NCBI GenBank assembly: GCA_964016885.1
Contig: OZ024742.1
Location: forward strand, 301,196,001-301,260,000
DNA length: 64,000 nt
Reading direction: 5' to 3'
Source: Eledone cirrhosa
Lineage: Eukaryota
The notes under the pieces are model-generated. The model worked only from the letters and a program-made list of their open reading frames with translations. It did not search any database and was not told the origin of the DNA. The position numbers were made by a program, and so were the translations under genes. Positions within the stretch are counted from its first letter, which is position 1. Every line of letters begins with the position of its first letter. This document shows positions 39,719-53,148 of the stretch, piece by piece.

Positions 39719-42700
39719 GTTAGATTCTTAGTTAGAAGTAAGGATAGGGACATATTAAGCTGTCCAGAAATGCTCACGGTTGGCTATACGGATCACAAAT
39801 TAGTGACCTGCGTAGTCAATCTCGAGAAAACACATAAACAGGGTCCCGGTTACTGGAAACTTAATTTGTCTTTACCGGCAAAAGAGACTTACAGAAACCG
39901 GATTAGCAGATTAGTTAAGGAGAGGTTGACGGTGCAATCGTCAACAACCGATGGTGGGCATCTCTCAAAAGAGAGATTAGAACAGAATCAATAAGTTATA
40001 GCAAGATGTTAGCTGCCGATAGGAATAGAAACGAGAAAGAATTAACAGGTAAATTAGAAGAGGCAATCAAGAGCGAAGATGTGGCCAGAGTGCTGGCATC
40101 GAGGACGGCCTTGAACCAGTTTTTCGATGCAAAGCACGAAGGCTGCGTCATTCGAAGTAAAATACGTGCTCTAGGTAATGAGGGGGCCAAAGCCGTTGGC
40201 TGGGCCCGCGTAACAGAAGCTAAGAGTGGAAATCGATCCACCATCCGGTCTTTGCAAGACGAGGATGGACGGGTGATTCGGGAGCCTAAGCAGATGTGCG
40301 AGGCCTTTCAAAGGCACTTTGCCCGATTATTCGGGGGAGAGGAGGGTCCGGGCGGGGACGTGGATTTCGGTCCATACCTCGATGGCCTGCCGCGTCTCTC
40401 GAGCGAAGAGGCAGAGTCCTGCGAGGGACCAATCTCGGCTGATGAGATCGGGGATGCGCTGAGCCAATGCAACAGACGCAAATCTCCAGGTCTCGATGGT
40501 ATACCTTACGAACTTTATTTAGCAATGCCGGTCTTCTTCTCCGAACTCCTCGAAGCGGTCTACTGCAATTGGCAGCAGAACGGGAGAATTCCTTGTTCTG
40601 TAGCCAAAGGCGTAGTCTCGCTGGTGAGGAAGGACGAGAACAAGGGGGATAGTATAAATAATTTTCGGCCCATAACCCTGCTAAACACAGAGTTAAAGAT
40701 TTTGGCCAAGGTGTTAGCAAAGAGGTTGGCGCTTGTCGTGGGTGGCCTGGTGGGAGATGCGCAAACATGTGCTATCCCATCCGGGTCCATTCACGATAAC
40801 CTCCACCTCATGCGATACATCATAGAGAGGGTTGGCAACAAACCCGGCTTCGGTGGGGCCCTGATCAACTTGGATCAGTCTAAGGCCTTCGATAGGGTCG
40901 ACCATGGTTACCTGGGTTCGGTCCTGTTTTCAGAGGCTGGATCACTGCCCTACATAGCAACCACATCTGTTCTAGGATCAAGGTGAACGGCTACCTTTCG
41001 AAGCCGTTCGAAATCACACGATCCATTCGACAGGGGTGCCCTCTCTCCTCCCTTCTGTACGTATTGACTCTCGAGCCTTTACTGAGGAAGTTGGAGTTGT
41101 TGCAGGGTATCCCCCTGGAACCAGGATTGAGTAAAGCGGTGTCGGCCTACGCCGATGACGTAACAGTAATGGTATCGACCGACTCGGAAATCGAGGCGAT
41201 CGGTACCTTACTGGAGGATCACGAAAGGTTGTCAGGAGCGAAACTGAACCGGGAAAAATCCATCGGGCTGCAACTCGGAACGTGGAGAGGCAGACCGATG
41301 CCTCCCGACGGTGTCGTCGGACACTGGACGGAGGGCCCGGTGAAGTTGCTTGGGGTCTGGTTTGGACCGGACCTCCAGGTGGAAAAGAACTGGGACGAGG
41401 TTACGAACAAGGTGTTTGCACTAACCCAGAAATGGGCCAAGTGTAAGCTGTCCCTAAAAGGTCGGGCGGAGGTGGCGAACATTTACATAGCGTCCGTCAC
41501 TTACTACCGCCTGACTGTCGTGCCTTGCCCTAAGGAAACACTCACCACCATGGAACGCATGCTCTTCCAATTTTTTTGGAAGAAGCGCCCTCCTATGGTG
41601 AAAAGATCCATCTGCTGCCAACAACCTTCGAAAGGAGGGCTGGGGATGCCGTGGTTGATGATGCGTAGGCACGCATTAAGGCTACGGCACCTACAGGTAT
41701 TCCTCACTGGTCAACCGGTGTTGGCTCCGTTCGTGAAACGAGCCTTTCCGAGACTCGTCTCGCTCACCGAGCTGCAGTCCTGGGTCAAGCAAAGATCCGG
41801 AAAACTGGGAGACTGGCACACTGAGTGTGCCCAGGCGCTCAGGGCTCTCTGGCAAGCGGGCCAGGCCATCGGTGGAGAATCCACCTCATCATTCTATAGA
41901 GGGATGGTGGCTAGCAGGGGCGTTGACACCCTTGGAGAGTCGCTGGACATGGAAGAAGACGAACTGGCCAGCCTGTTCGGTAGGACTTTCGGCCCGGGAC
42001 CAATGGACAACTTCCAGAAGTCACTAGCCTGGCAGTGCTACCGGGGGGCTCTACCCGTTCGAGAGAGGCTCTACAGACACGGGCGCCCGGGCAGGGATCC
42101 CTCGAAAAAGATTTGCCCTAGATGCGTGCGTCACGAAGAAACCGTTGTGCACGCATTGGTGCAATGTCCGGGCGTGGCTGATCTGTGGGGCTACGCCGAA
42201 CGACTGCTGTCGCGGGTGGCGCCGATTCAATTGACCGCCGAGTCCGTGGTGACAATCAAGCCGCCTCCCCTCTTCGCAAAGGCGGTTTTTCTGTGCGTAA
42301 TAGCCATGTTGAAAGAGGTTGTTTGGTGGACACGATTGAAAGATCTGAGGTCAGGCAACTTCCTCTCTGGCCATAGTCTGGTCTACTTCTTCCGATATCA
42401 CTTCGGAAGAAGGATAAGAATGGGAGAGAGGTGCTTGGCCAGAGGCAGTTTTATGAAAGGTGGGTGATAGTGGCGAGAATGGCTCGTGTAAATGGGCCTT
42501 CTCTGTATACCATCCTGTAGGTAAAGAAGTGAAGGAGAGGGGAGTACCTTCTCCATGTGCTCCACGGGCAAAGGATTGCACACTTTTTCGGGGGTGTGTG
42601 CAACCCCCATCACGTCCCCTCTCTTTTGAGGTTGTTTTCGATTATTTTCATTTTATACCCTTTTTACTCGATTTTATGTAAACTCCCCCTTTGTATTTGT

Positions 42701-42754
42701 CCCTTCTTTTTATGCCTTTATGGTAAATAAAGAAATATATCTATCTATCTATCT
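39718..42754 (+). mobile_element. Tx1-like (L1 group) LINE, 5' truncated in the APE endonuclease, with a disrupted ORF2
   Basis: TDHKLV..GPGYWKLN, KSPGLDGIPYE, NFRPITLLN, LDQSKAFDRVDH, IRQGCPLS, YADDV, zinc knuckle CPRC...ETVVHALVQC. Ends AATAAAGAAAT-(ATCT)n. Confidence 0.93.
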
Positions 42755-43342
42755 TGAGGAGAAGGGTTGCACACTTTTTTCGGGGGGGGGGGGGGCGACC
42801 CCCCAAGGCCCCTCCTCTCTATTGAGGATTTTGTTATAAATTTTATTTTTTGTTATATTTTATTTTATTTTTATATTTTGTTATTGCCTCCTCCTTATTG
42901 AGGACGCCTTGTTTTGTAAACTCCCCCCATTGTACTTGTCCCACTTTTGATGCCCTGGTGGCAAATAAAAGAAACATATCTATCTATCTATCTAGAGAGA
43001 GAGGCACTGCACCCCAGTAAATTTACTGAAAGGTGGGTGAATGAAGCGAAAATGGCCCGAGTGATTGGGCCTTCTCTGTTTATAAGCCTGTAGGTTGAGG
43101 AAGAGAGCAAAAGGAAGAAAGGAGCACTTGCACAACACGCTCCTCGAGTTGAGGGTTGTTCTATCGACGGGGTATTAAACAACCCATTTGTGGTGCCTCC
43201 CCCCTATTGGGGATTTCGATTGTTGAAATTGTTTGTTTTTATATTTTTTACACGACTGTATGTAAAATCCCCGGCATGTCTTTGTATTGTCCCCTTTCTT
43301 GTTGCGCCCTTGTGGCTAATAAAGAAATCTATCTATCTATCT
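42755..43342 (+). mobile_element. Two further Tx1-like 3' ends in tandem (about 42755-42994 and 42995-43342)
   Basis: Each repeats the 3' UTR pattern 'tgtaaa.tcccc...tgta.ttgtccc...tggc.aataaa(a)gaaa' and ends in (ATCT)n. Confidence 0.8.
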
Positions 43343-43959
43343 AGCTAGCTAGCTAGCTAGCTATCTGTCGGTCTGTCTGTTTGTCTATCCAGCTAGCTAT
43401 CTTTATTTTTTTTATTATTATCTTTCTTCTTTTGCTCCTTATCTTGCTACTTCTGGTTGTCTTTAGAATATGATGAAGAGGATGAGAAGAAAATCTCTAG
43501 GCTAGAAAAAAATAACAAGCCCCACCACACACAGATACACATAGCGTATTTTCATTTTTAAAACTAAGAGATAAAAGCCACATACGTATGTATACATGAC
43601 CAGCAACATATCCCCATGATGACATAACTACACCTATGATTGTATAAGCATCTGATGAAGTCACATTCATGATCATATAACTTAAATATATATTATGTAA
43701 TAAAGCAATTATGGTGATGTAACCCCGTCTTAACTACTCTTATATATTATTTAGGAAACTAGAGACCAATATTTTATTAACGTGTGTCGGTTTATTATTT
43801 TGCATTTGCTGTAAATATATTAAATTTAATACAAAAGAAATATGATCGCTGTCTCTTTTTATGTAAACAATGTTGTTTGGGCAACACAGTTGTTGGAATG
43901 CTGGCTCAAATTTTAAATTATCCACTTTTTTCTACTTTACGCGCTCTACCTCTCTTTCG

Positions 43960-44240
43960 TGGAGATGTGTGACCTAGTGGTAAGGGTGTTGGATTTACGA
44001 TCATAATGCTGTAGGTTCGATTCCTGGGCCGAGTTGCGTGTTGTGTTTTGAGCAAAACAATTCATTTAACGTTTGCAAGTATACTCAGCTGAAAATGAGC
44101 AATAGCTGGTGGTTTAACCCTGCGATAGACTGGTGTCCTGTCTACGAGGGATTCTTGTATTACCAATCGCTTCACGCCCCGAAACCGGGATAAAAACCGG
44201 ACTGGCGAGCCTTCTGGCTTGAGGTAGATTTTAGACGAGA
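43960..44240 (+). mobile_element. tRNA-derived SINE (family B-related head)
   Basis: 'tgacctagtggtaagggt...ggttcgattcc...ttgagcaaaaca...actcagctg'. Confidence 0.7.
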
Positions 44241-44527
44241 CTTAAATCTCTCTTTCATTGCTTCTCCCCCCCCCCCCCCCCTCTCTTTCCTTCCCTCTCT
44301 CTCCCTCTCTCTCTCTTTCTCTCAGCAGAACGAGCGTTGGAGAACAGCCAATTTCTTCCCAAGAAGGAAACAGCGTGAGAAAGTATTGGACTGGTACGTT
44401 ATTTTATCAAGGTCGAAAGGCAAAGTTCATCTTGGCGAAATTTGAACTAACAGTGCAGTAATCCGCAGCAAAATACCGTGGCATATAATCCACCCTACTC
44501 CTTTTTTTTTCTTTTTTTTTGCAAACG

Positions 44528-44712
44528 CAGACCTGCCAACCTCTAAAAACCCAAACGGGGAGAACCATGAAAATAAATGCCCCAAAACGGGGAGAAATGA
44601 GGCAAAATGGGGAGATTTTACATATTGATAGCTATACACATTTTCACAAGAGAACACATCTTTCACCATCTTTGGGAGACCCCTCGTCGGACAGGGAGAG
44701 TTGACAGGTCTG
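44528..44712. mobile_element. Short non-autonomous DNA transposon (MITE)
   Basis: 13-bp terminal repeats CAGACCTGCCAAC / GTTGACAGGTCTG (one mismatch), flanked by the 6-bp direct repeat CAAACG. Confidence 0.75.
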
Positions 44713-44874
44713 CAAACGTAAAATAAAATACAGGTCATATTTGAATATCTCTTTAATTGAGGTTGAAATTTAGATTATAAATGGTTAACAGAGGCTTATT
44801 GGACACTTGTATATATTTTTTTGTTACTTTACTAACACACTTGCCACCAGGTATAACATACTATAAAAACAACC

Positions 44875-45680
<806 letters not shown>

Positions 45681-47351
45681 TTTATGGAGGTGTTGCCCAT
45701 TATGTTATATTGCGACACTGTAAAGTGTCAACTTAATGACAAAATAGCATATTACAGCATCGTAAATACATCAGCTAAATATCAAATATTATGTTAGCTA
45801 CCTTGTAAAAGCTGTCCTAATTAATAAGCGAATCACTCTCAAAGGATCTTCAGCATAATCACTGAATCTTGATTCATATGGTTGATAAATCTACTTCAAA
45901 CAAACTTCTAATCATCTTTAGGGTGAAGACAAAGTGTTTTAGATCCTAAATATCAAGATTATTTACTAACTTGAATGAAAATGTGGACAAAATGGAAGAA
46001 ATGCTTGAAAATGGCAGCAAATGCTGGACAAATCCTGCAAAAATGATGGGAAATGATTGGAAAAAATTAGCGTGTAACGGATAAGTTGTATTCTTTGTAT
46101 GGTGGTTTTGATGAAAAGAATAATGCCATGATTGAGTTGTTAACAATGTTTATTTTATAATAACAATATTCGATTTGAACACTAAGTAATAAAATTTATG
46201 ACATGAAAATATCCGTACAATAAATTGATAGCTCTACGAGCTACGTGAATCCATGTATCAGAGAAGACGATATAATATATAAGTTGGGTTGTGTCTTGCA
46301 GATACAATATGGCAGGAAGAATAGGATGAGAGTATATTGGAACAATATGAACTTACTATGTGTGTGTGAGTGTGTGTGCGCCTATTCTTAGAATACCTTA
46401 TATTGATAGTAGTAGTAGTCAATCTGTCGGGCAGGCATGGCTGTCTGGATGGCTGTTTCGGTGGCCGAGGAGGTAAGCCAGTAAGGGCCAGGAGAAAGAT
46501 AGAGTGAAAGGTCTACTGATGCTACATCGTTATCTCGTTTGCTGCTTCGTGTCTGACCCTTGGGTTCCCCAACTCCTTGTATTTATAATAAGTGCTAAAG
46601 TTAGAAGGATGGATATATGAGGTTGATTCATGGTTAGACCTGTGGTTATCGTCTCCCAAGAGGTTGAGGTCACAGGTCAAATGGAATGTACATTTATCAT
46701 CGTTGTCTTGACAAGACAATGGTGAGAACTTCCAACGATAGATTGTCCCAGAGGCGAGAAAGCTCAGATTCGGTTTCGAATCTTCGCCGGTAAAACATAA
46801 GAGTATTCCGTTATAAGCGTAAATAAAAATGTTGGGGACAAAATGGAAGAAATGCTTGAAAATGGCAGCAAATCCTGGACAAACTCTGCAAAAATGATGG
46901 GAGAAATGACTAGAAAAAATTAGCGTTTTATAGCTTTTAGCTAATTTTTTTAGTAAGTTTCTATATTACTGCATTTATTCGTATACAATACAGACTTTCA
47001 TATTTCTGTGTGTGTGATTTTCTCGGTAATTTTAGGTTATAAAATTATAAGTAAAATCTCGACGGTTCCTGACAGATACTTAAATCTTTTCCAGTCACCA
47101 TTTACTAACAAAGGTTGTAAAGATTCCATAAAATATCAATTCTATGATAGTTTGCATCACAATCATCTACCGTTCAGAAACTAAAATTCAGTCAAAACAT
47201 TATGAAAAATTAAATTATCTGTATTTGACAGTTTAAAAATTTATCTTGAAGTTTTTGAACTTCACTGGATAAACTAAAACAAGTATAAACATTACTGTAT
47301 AGGTCAACAACAAATAAAAAACAATCCTGAAAAAAACTGAACCTTTACTCC

Positions 47352-47520
47352 AGTATCGGTAAAGGGTCGGACGCCATGATTTGCAGCATAGAGTTACGGC
47401 CCTTTACGGTCTGATTTCAAATACCGCCTTTTATCCTTACGGGGTCGATAAAATAAAGTACCAGTAATGCACTAGGGTTATTGCTGGCCTTGGCCTTGTG
47501 TCAAAAGTAGAAACAATTAT
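47352..47520 (+). mobile_element. Family A SINE
   Basis: 'gcagcatagagttacggccctttac...ccttacggggtcgataaaataaagtaccagtaatgcact...gccttgtgtcaaaagtagaaac'. Another copy lies at 47968-48115. Confidence 0.8.
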
Positions 47521-47578
47521 AATTAATAAAGGATGCATTTCTTAGGAACTCACTTCCGGGAAGTGAATTAACAGCATA

Positions 47579-47894
47579 TACTCTCCGGTCCCAAATAACT
47601 GGGGGTAGAAGGGATAAGCGGGGATGGATGGGGTTGGAAACTGGTAATTTTTCTAGGTTCTCATCGTTGATTTGATTTAAAAACCATTACTGGTTTAGTT
47701 TAGACATTGAGACCCCAAACCGTCCTATTTATTTTATAACATGGGATTTTGTAGTAATGTACTTTTCTGGTCATATGTTTTTTAGTGTACAAAGAAAAAT
47801 CTCGCCGGAGCTAGATTAGCAAAATTTAATAAGCAGGGGGGGGGGGGGGGGGGCATTAGCGGGGTGTGGGACGACTATTCGAGACCCGGGAGTG
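47579..47894. mobile_element. Probable MITE with imperfect terminal repeats, related to 61436-61742
   Basis: Ends ACTCTCCGGTCCCAAATAA and CTATTCGAGACCCGGGAGT. Similar ends occur in reverse order at 61436-61742. Confidence 0.45.
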
Positions 47895-48460
47895 TGTAAA
47901 ATGCGTTAACAGCTTTGAAACATACATTTATTCAAATTTTAAAGATTTCCTTTACTGAATAATCTGCTTCGCAGCATAGAGTTACGTCCCTTTATGTTCT
48001 GAGTTCAAATCCCGCCGAGGTTAACTTTGCCTTTCATCCTTATTAGGTCGATAAAATAAAGTACCAGTAATACTCTGAGATAATTGCTGGCCTTGTGCCA
48101 AAAGTAGAAACAATTATATTACTTATTATATATTATTTACAATTTGATTGTAGGCAGGTCTCTCTGGAAATAGGAGTGGGGCGTTGAATGTATTAGGTAG
48201 CTGTGAGGAGGGGTGGAATAAAAGGTTTGAGAACCTCTGGCTTAAACGAAGAGGAATAAATCACCCAATTGTTCAATCTAGCACTCCCAGACAACGTGTC
48301 CTGACAGTAAAGATGTTATAGTAATTAGGTTTTTACTTAGCTAAAAGTTGAGGTAAATAGGTTTTTATTTAGGTGAAAGTTGAGTTGAATGAATCAACAC
48401 CAGTCTACGTCCAGTATGAAAGGGCTAAAAATATAATTGATTCTGAGAACTTATATTGAG

Positions 48461-48506
<46 letters not shown>

Positions 48507-48625
48507 ATAATAATAATTGTTTCTACTTTTGGCACAAGGCCAGCACATATCCAGTGTATTACTGGTACTTTATTTTATCGACCCCGTAAGGATGAAAGGC
48601 AAAGTTAACCTCGGCGGGATTTGAA

Positions 48626-50810
48626 ATAATGAAATATTGTGTACAGTGCTCAGGTGCACTACAACTCATCAAAAAGTGTATGTATAGTACATAGAGTAAT
48701 GTACAAACATCAGGAAAATGAACAGTGCATGAGTCATGATACACACATGTGTGCATGTGTATGGAAGGGGTACATCAGGTGTAGTTTTGGCGTATTTCGG
48801 GAAGCATGAGTGTCTTAAAGGATGCAGTGTCTCGGCAGCTAACAACTGACGCAGGCAGTTTGTTCCATGCTTCAGCAACTCTGAGCGTGAAAAAATGTTT
48901 ACGAAAGTCATGGGAGCTGTGCTGTTTTCTGACTTTGTAGGCATGTCCACATGTGTTAGACACATGGAGATCAAAAAGGTGCTCAGTGTTGTTGTGGGCG
49001 AGATGGTTAATAACTTTGTGGGTATTTACCAAGTCCATTGCCAGACGTCGGAGCTTCAATGAATCCATGCCCAGGGAAGCAAGGCGTTCAGAGTATGGTA
49101 GGTGTCTGATGAAGGGTATGCGCTTGGTTGCACGTCTCTGAACAGTTTCCAGGAGGTCAATGTTCTGAGCAAGATAGGGGTTCCAGACTGATGATGCGTA
49201 TTCCAAGTGTGGTCGTACCATAGCTGTATACAGTTTTAAATAGATGGCTGGAGAGCGGCTAACAAAGGTCTTGCTGAGTGATGCCAAGACACCCTCGGCC
49301 TTCTTGACAATCTTAGAGACATGCTTTGTCCAACGCAAATCACTGCTGACAGTAATGCCCAGGTCATGTTCACAAGAGGACTTCTTGTATCAGTGTTGTG
49401 GAGGGAGTATGTGGACGCTGGATTTTTCCTCCCAAAATGCATGGTGGTACACTTGTCCACAGCCAGCTTCAGTTGCCAGTCTGTGATCCATTGCTGCATT
49501 GTGTCCAGGTCTGATTGTAGGAAAGAGTTGTAGATTTCAGGATCAGTCCTTTTGATTTCAAGGTACAGCTTGATGTCATCTGCATATTTCAGTACCGTGA
49601 CATTCTGTAAGTTGGCATCTATGTCATTAATATATACCACAAACAAAAGGGGACCAAGAATAGATCCCTGTGGTACACCAGATGACATCTCATATGGTGA
49701 AGAATGCTGTCCTAGAACCGTGACTACCTCTTTTCGGCTGAGAATGAAGGATTTCAACCAGTCGAAAGATCATACCTCACACCCATTGCAGAGAGTTTTG
49801 CCATAAGTCTTTTGTGTGGCACAGAATTAAAAGCCTTAGCAAAGTCAAGGTAAACAACATCCACCCATGAGCCGCTGTCAGTGATCCGGGTGATGTCTTC
49901 AAGGAACTCGATAAGCTGACCACAGCAGCTGGAGTTAGGGATAAATCCAAACTGTTAGGGCCGGATGAGGCTGTGAGAGCTCCAGAAGTTCCAAAGTGTT
50001 TCTCTGACACAGGATTCCATTAGTTTGGCCATACAGCTAGTAAGACTGACTGGACGATAGTTGACAGGTGACATGCGGTTGCCCTTTTTGAACAGGGGAA
50101 TGACACTGGCAGTTTTCCACTGCTCCGGAGTAGCACTATTGTTGAGACAGTATTGAAAGAAGAAAGAAAGCTGGCGCAAAAGTAAATACCCGCCACGTTT
50201 GAGAAGCAGGTATGTAACACCATCAAGACCAGGGGAGGCATAGTTGCGCTTATTCTTAAGGTGACGTCGCTACATTGCAGGTGTAAATTCCATAGTTGTT
50301 ATGGAATTTGATGTTAGAGATGGTGGAGATGGTACATTCTGGTTTTCAACAGTAAAAATACTTGCATAGCACTCAGCAATGAGTTCTGCGCATTCTTTTG
50401 GATCGTCAGTGATCTGGCTTGTGTGGGGATTGCGAAGAGGACCAACTGGAGAGTGAGGTCTCTGCTTTGAATGAACATATTTCCAGAACACCTTACTGTC
50501 AGGATTGGTTGCTATGCACTGTTAAAATTCAAGCACTGCCTTCTTTGTCACTTGCTTGAGATGGTTAGAAGATTTATTCCGCTTTTTTCTGTTGGCATCT
50601 GATTTATGCAGTTTATATTCCCGTTCAGCGTTCCGACGTTCTTTCCTGGCAAGTCGGACCGCTGAAGTTTCCCAAATTGCACTTTTGGGGTGGTTTTTTT
50701 CTGCTTACGTGGCACCGATGCTGCACACGCTATCCATATTGAGTCCAGGATGCTCTGAAGTATAGTGTTCACATCTCCAGAGTTATACATCTCATGCCAG
50801 TTTGGGCGCT
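48626..50810 (-). mobile_element. CR1-group LINE, 5' truncated, with a frameshifted RT
   Basis: ASPGLDG, WKTASVIPLFKKG..NYRPVSLTS, SGVPQGSILGPLLF, KYADDIKL, VRPHLEYASSVWNP, VQRRATK. Joined at its 3' end to a family A SINE fragment (48513-48625). Confidence 0.92.
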
Positions 50811-50888
50811 GTATATATATATATAGTGGTGGAACACTGGAAGGTAATATCCGTAGTGGTAGAGCACTCAGTCCAAGGGACGAGTTAG

Positions 50889-51215
50889 GTAGAAGTGGTT
50901 ACACAACAGTTAGGTCACCATACCGAGAACAATTGTTTAACCTTCGCGGATCTTCAGCTCGGGATGTGTATGGTTATAGGAACAGAAAGGTCAACCGTAC
51001 GAACGCGCATGCGCAGAAACTCGGTCACTTCACACAGGCAATACTAGACTGCGTGCGGGAGGTGTAAGGGAGATAACTGCGAAAGTCCCGAAAGTTTTGG
51101 GGTTGAAAATAAAATTTAAAAAAAATTTAAAATAAAATTACAAGAATTATAAGATCCGCGAAGGTGAAACAATTGTTCTCAGTATGGTGAACTAACTGTT
51201 GTGTAACCACTTCTA
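50889..51215. repeat. ~65-bp inverted repeats with a split or mutated HHR (50923-50962, minus strand)
   Basis: Arms 50889-50954 and 51151-51215. Consensus CCGAG-CTGAAGA-tCC gcgaa GGt-GAAA-CAATTG-TT-CTCGG. Between (TA)n tracts. Confidence 0.75.
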
Positions 51216-51338
51216 TATATATATATATCTATATATCTATATATATATATATAGGAACCAGTAAGACCCCGACAGCTGAGCTCAAGCCGTTTCGACGGCT
51301 AATTCTGGTCCACCTGGTTCCTTACCACATTTCCTTCG

Positions 51339-51387
<49 letters not shown>

Positions 51388-51563
51388 ATACATTAACAGA
51401 GAAAGCTTTAAGCAATACTCCGACCGACTTCCGTCTCACTCAAGAAACAATAGGATATACCTTAGTATAATCCCAATTATACGTTTGGGGTGCTAACTAT
51501 ACGTATTTTGAGGATAGCCAGTTGTATTATTTTATATGAGACATAATTAAATACATCCCTCAT

Positions 51564-51615
<52 letters not shown>

Positions 51616-51879
51616 GAAAGTATAGAAATTATTATGAGCGTGAAGGCAACAGTATTTCATAATATATGACTATAACGTCAAAATGGAAAATAATTAACGT
51701 AAGATGTGGGAAAATAATTCATATATATATATATATATATATAATATTAAGAATGCTATTTATAGTTATGTATATTTTAAACTATAAACAGGGAAGGTCA
51801 GTAATTTATTACTACCTTATTACCAGTAAGATAAATAGCTCAATGTAAGAACATCAGTTGTTTTACAGACCAGTAATAT

Positions 51880-52564
<685 letters not shown>

Positions 52565-52565
52565 G

Positions 52566-52596
<31 letters not shown>

Positions 52597-52744
52597 AGTT
52601 TATTTTATATATTTTTTTATATCTTCATTTCTTAAATTAGTCTTGCCTTTGTGCACTTTTACTCGAGCTTATTGTAAACCTCCACTGTTCGTGTCTTTGT
52701 ATTGTCCCCTACATGTCGGCGCTTGTGGCCAATAAATGAAATCG

Positions 52745-53140
52745 TGGATTGGCAGTGTCGGTAGAGGGTCAGACGACATGCTTTGACGCATAGAGTTACG
52801 GCCCTTGCCATTCTGAGTTCAAATCCCGCCGAGGTTAACTTTGCCTTTCATCCTTACGGGGTCGATTAAATAAAGTACCAGTAATGCACTGGGTTATTGT
52901 GGCCCTGTGCCAAAAATAGAAACAATTATTATGAGGGTTGGCAATAGGGCGGGGGATTGGCAGTATCAGTAGAAGGTCGGACGCCATGCTTTGCAGCATA
53001 GAGTTACGCCCCTTTATGATCTGAGTTCAAATCCCGCCGAGGTTCACTTTGCCTTTCATCCTTACGGAGTCGATAAAATAAAGTACCAGTAATGTAGTGG
53101 TGTAATTGGTGGCCTTGTGTCAAAAGTAAAAACAATTATT
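52745..53140 (+). mobile_element. Two tandem family A SINEs
   Basis: Heads 'ggattggcagt.tc.gtaga', B box 'gagttcaaatccc', central 'gcctttcatccttacgg.gtcgat.aa' and tail 'tgtg.caaaa.ta.aaacaattatt'. Confidence 0.85.
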
Positions 53141-53148
53141 ATTATTAT

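Noticed and set aside
43650-43680. Isolated CTGATGA (also near 26187, 40438 and 63377)
   Set aside because: No stem II followed by GAAA and a cleavage triplet. Chance matches.
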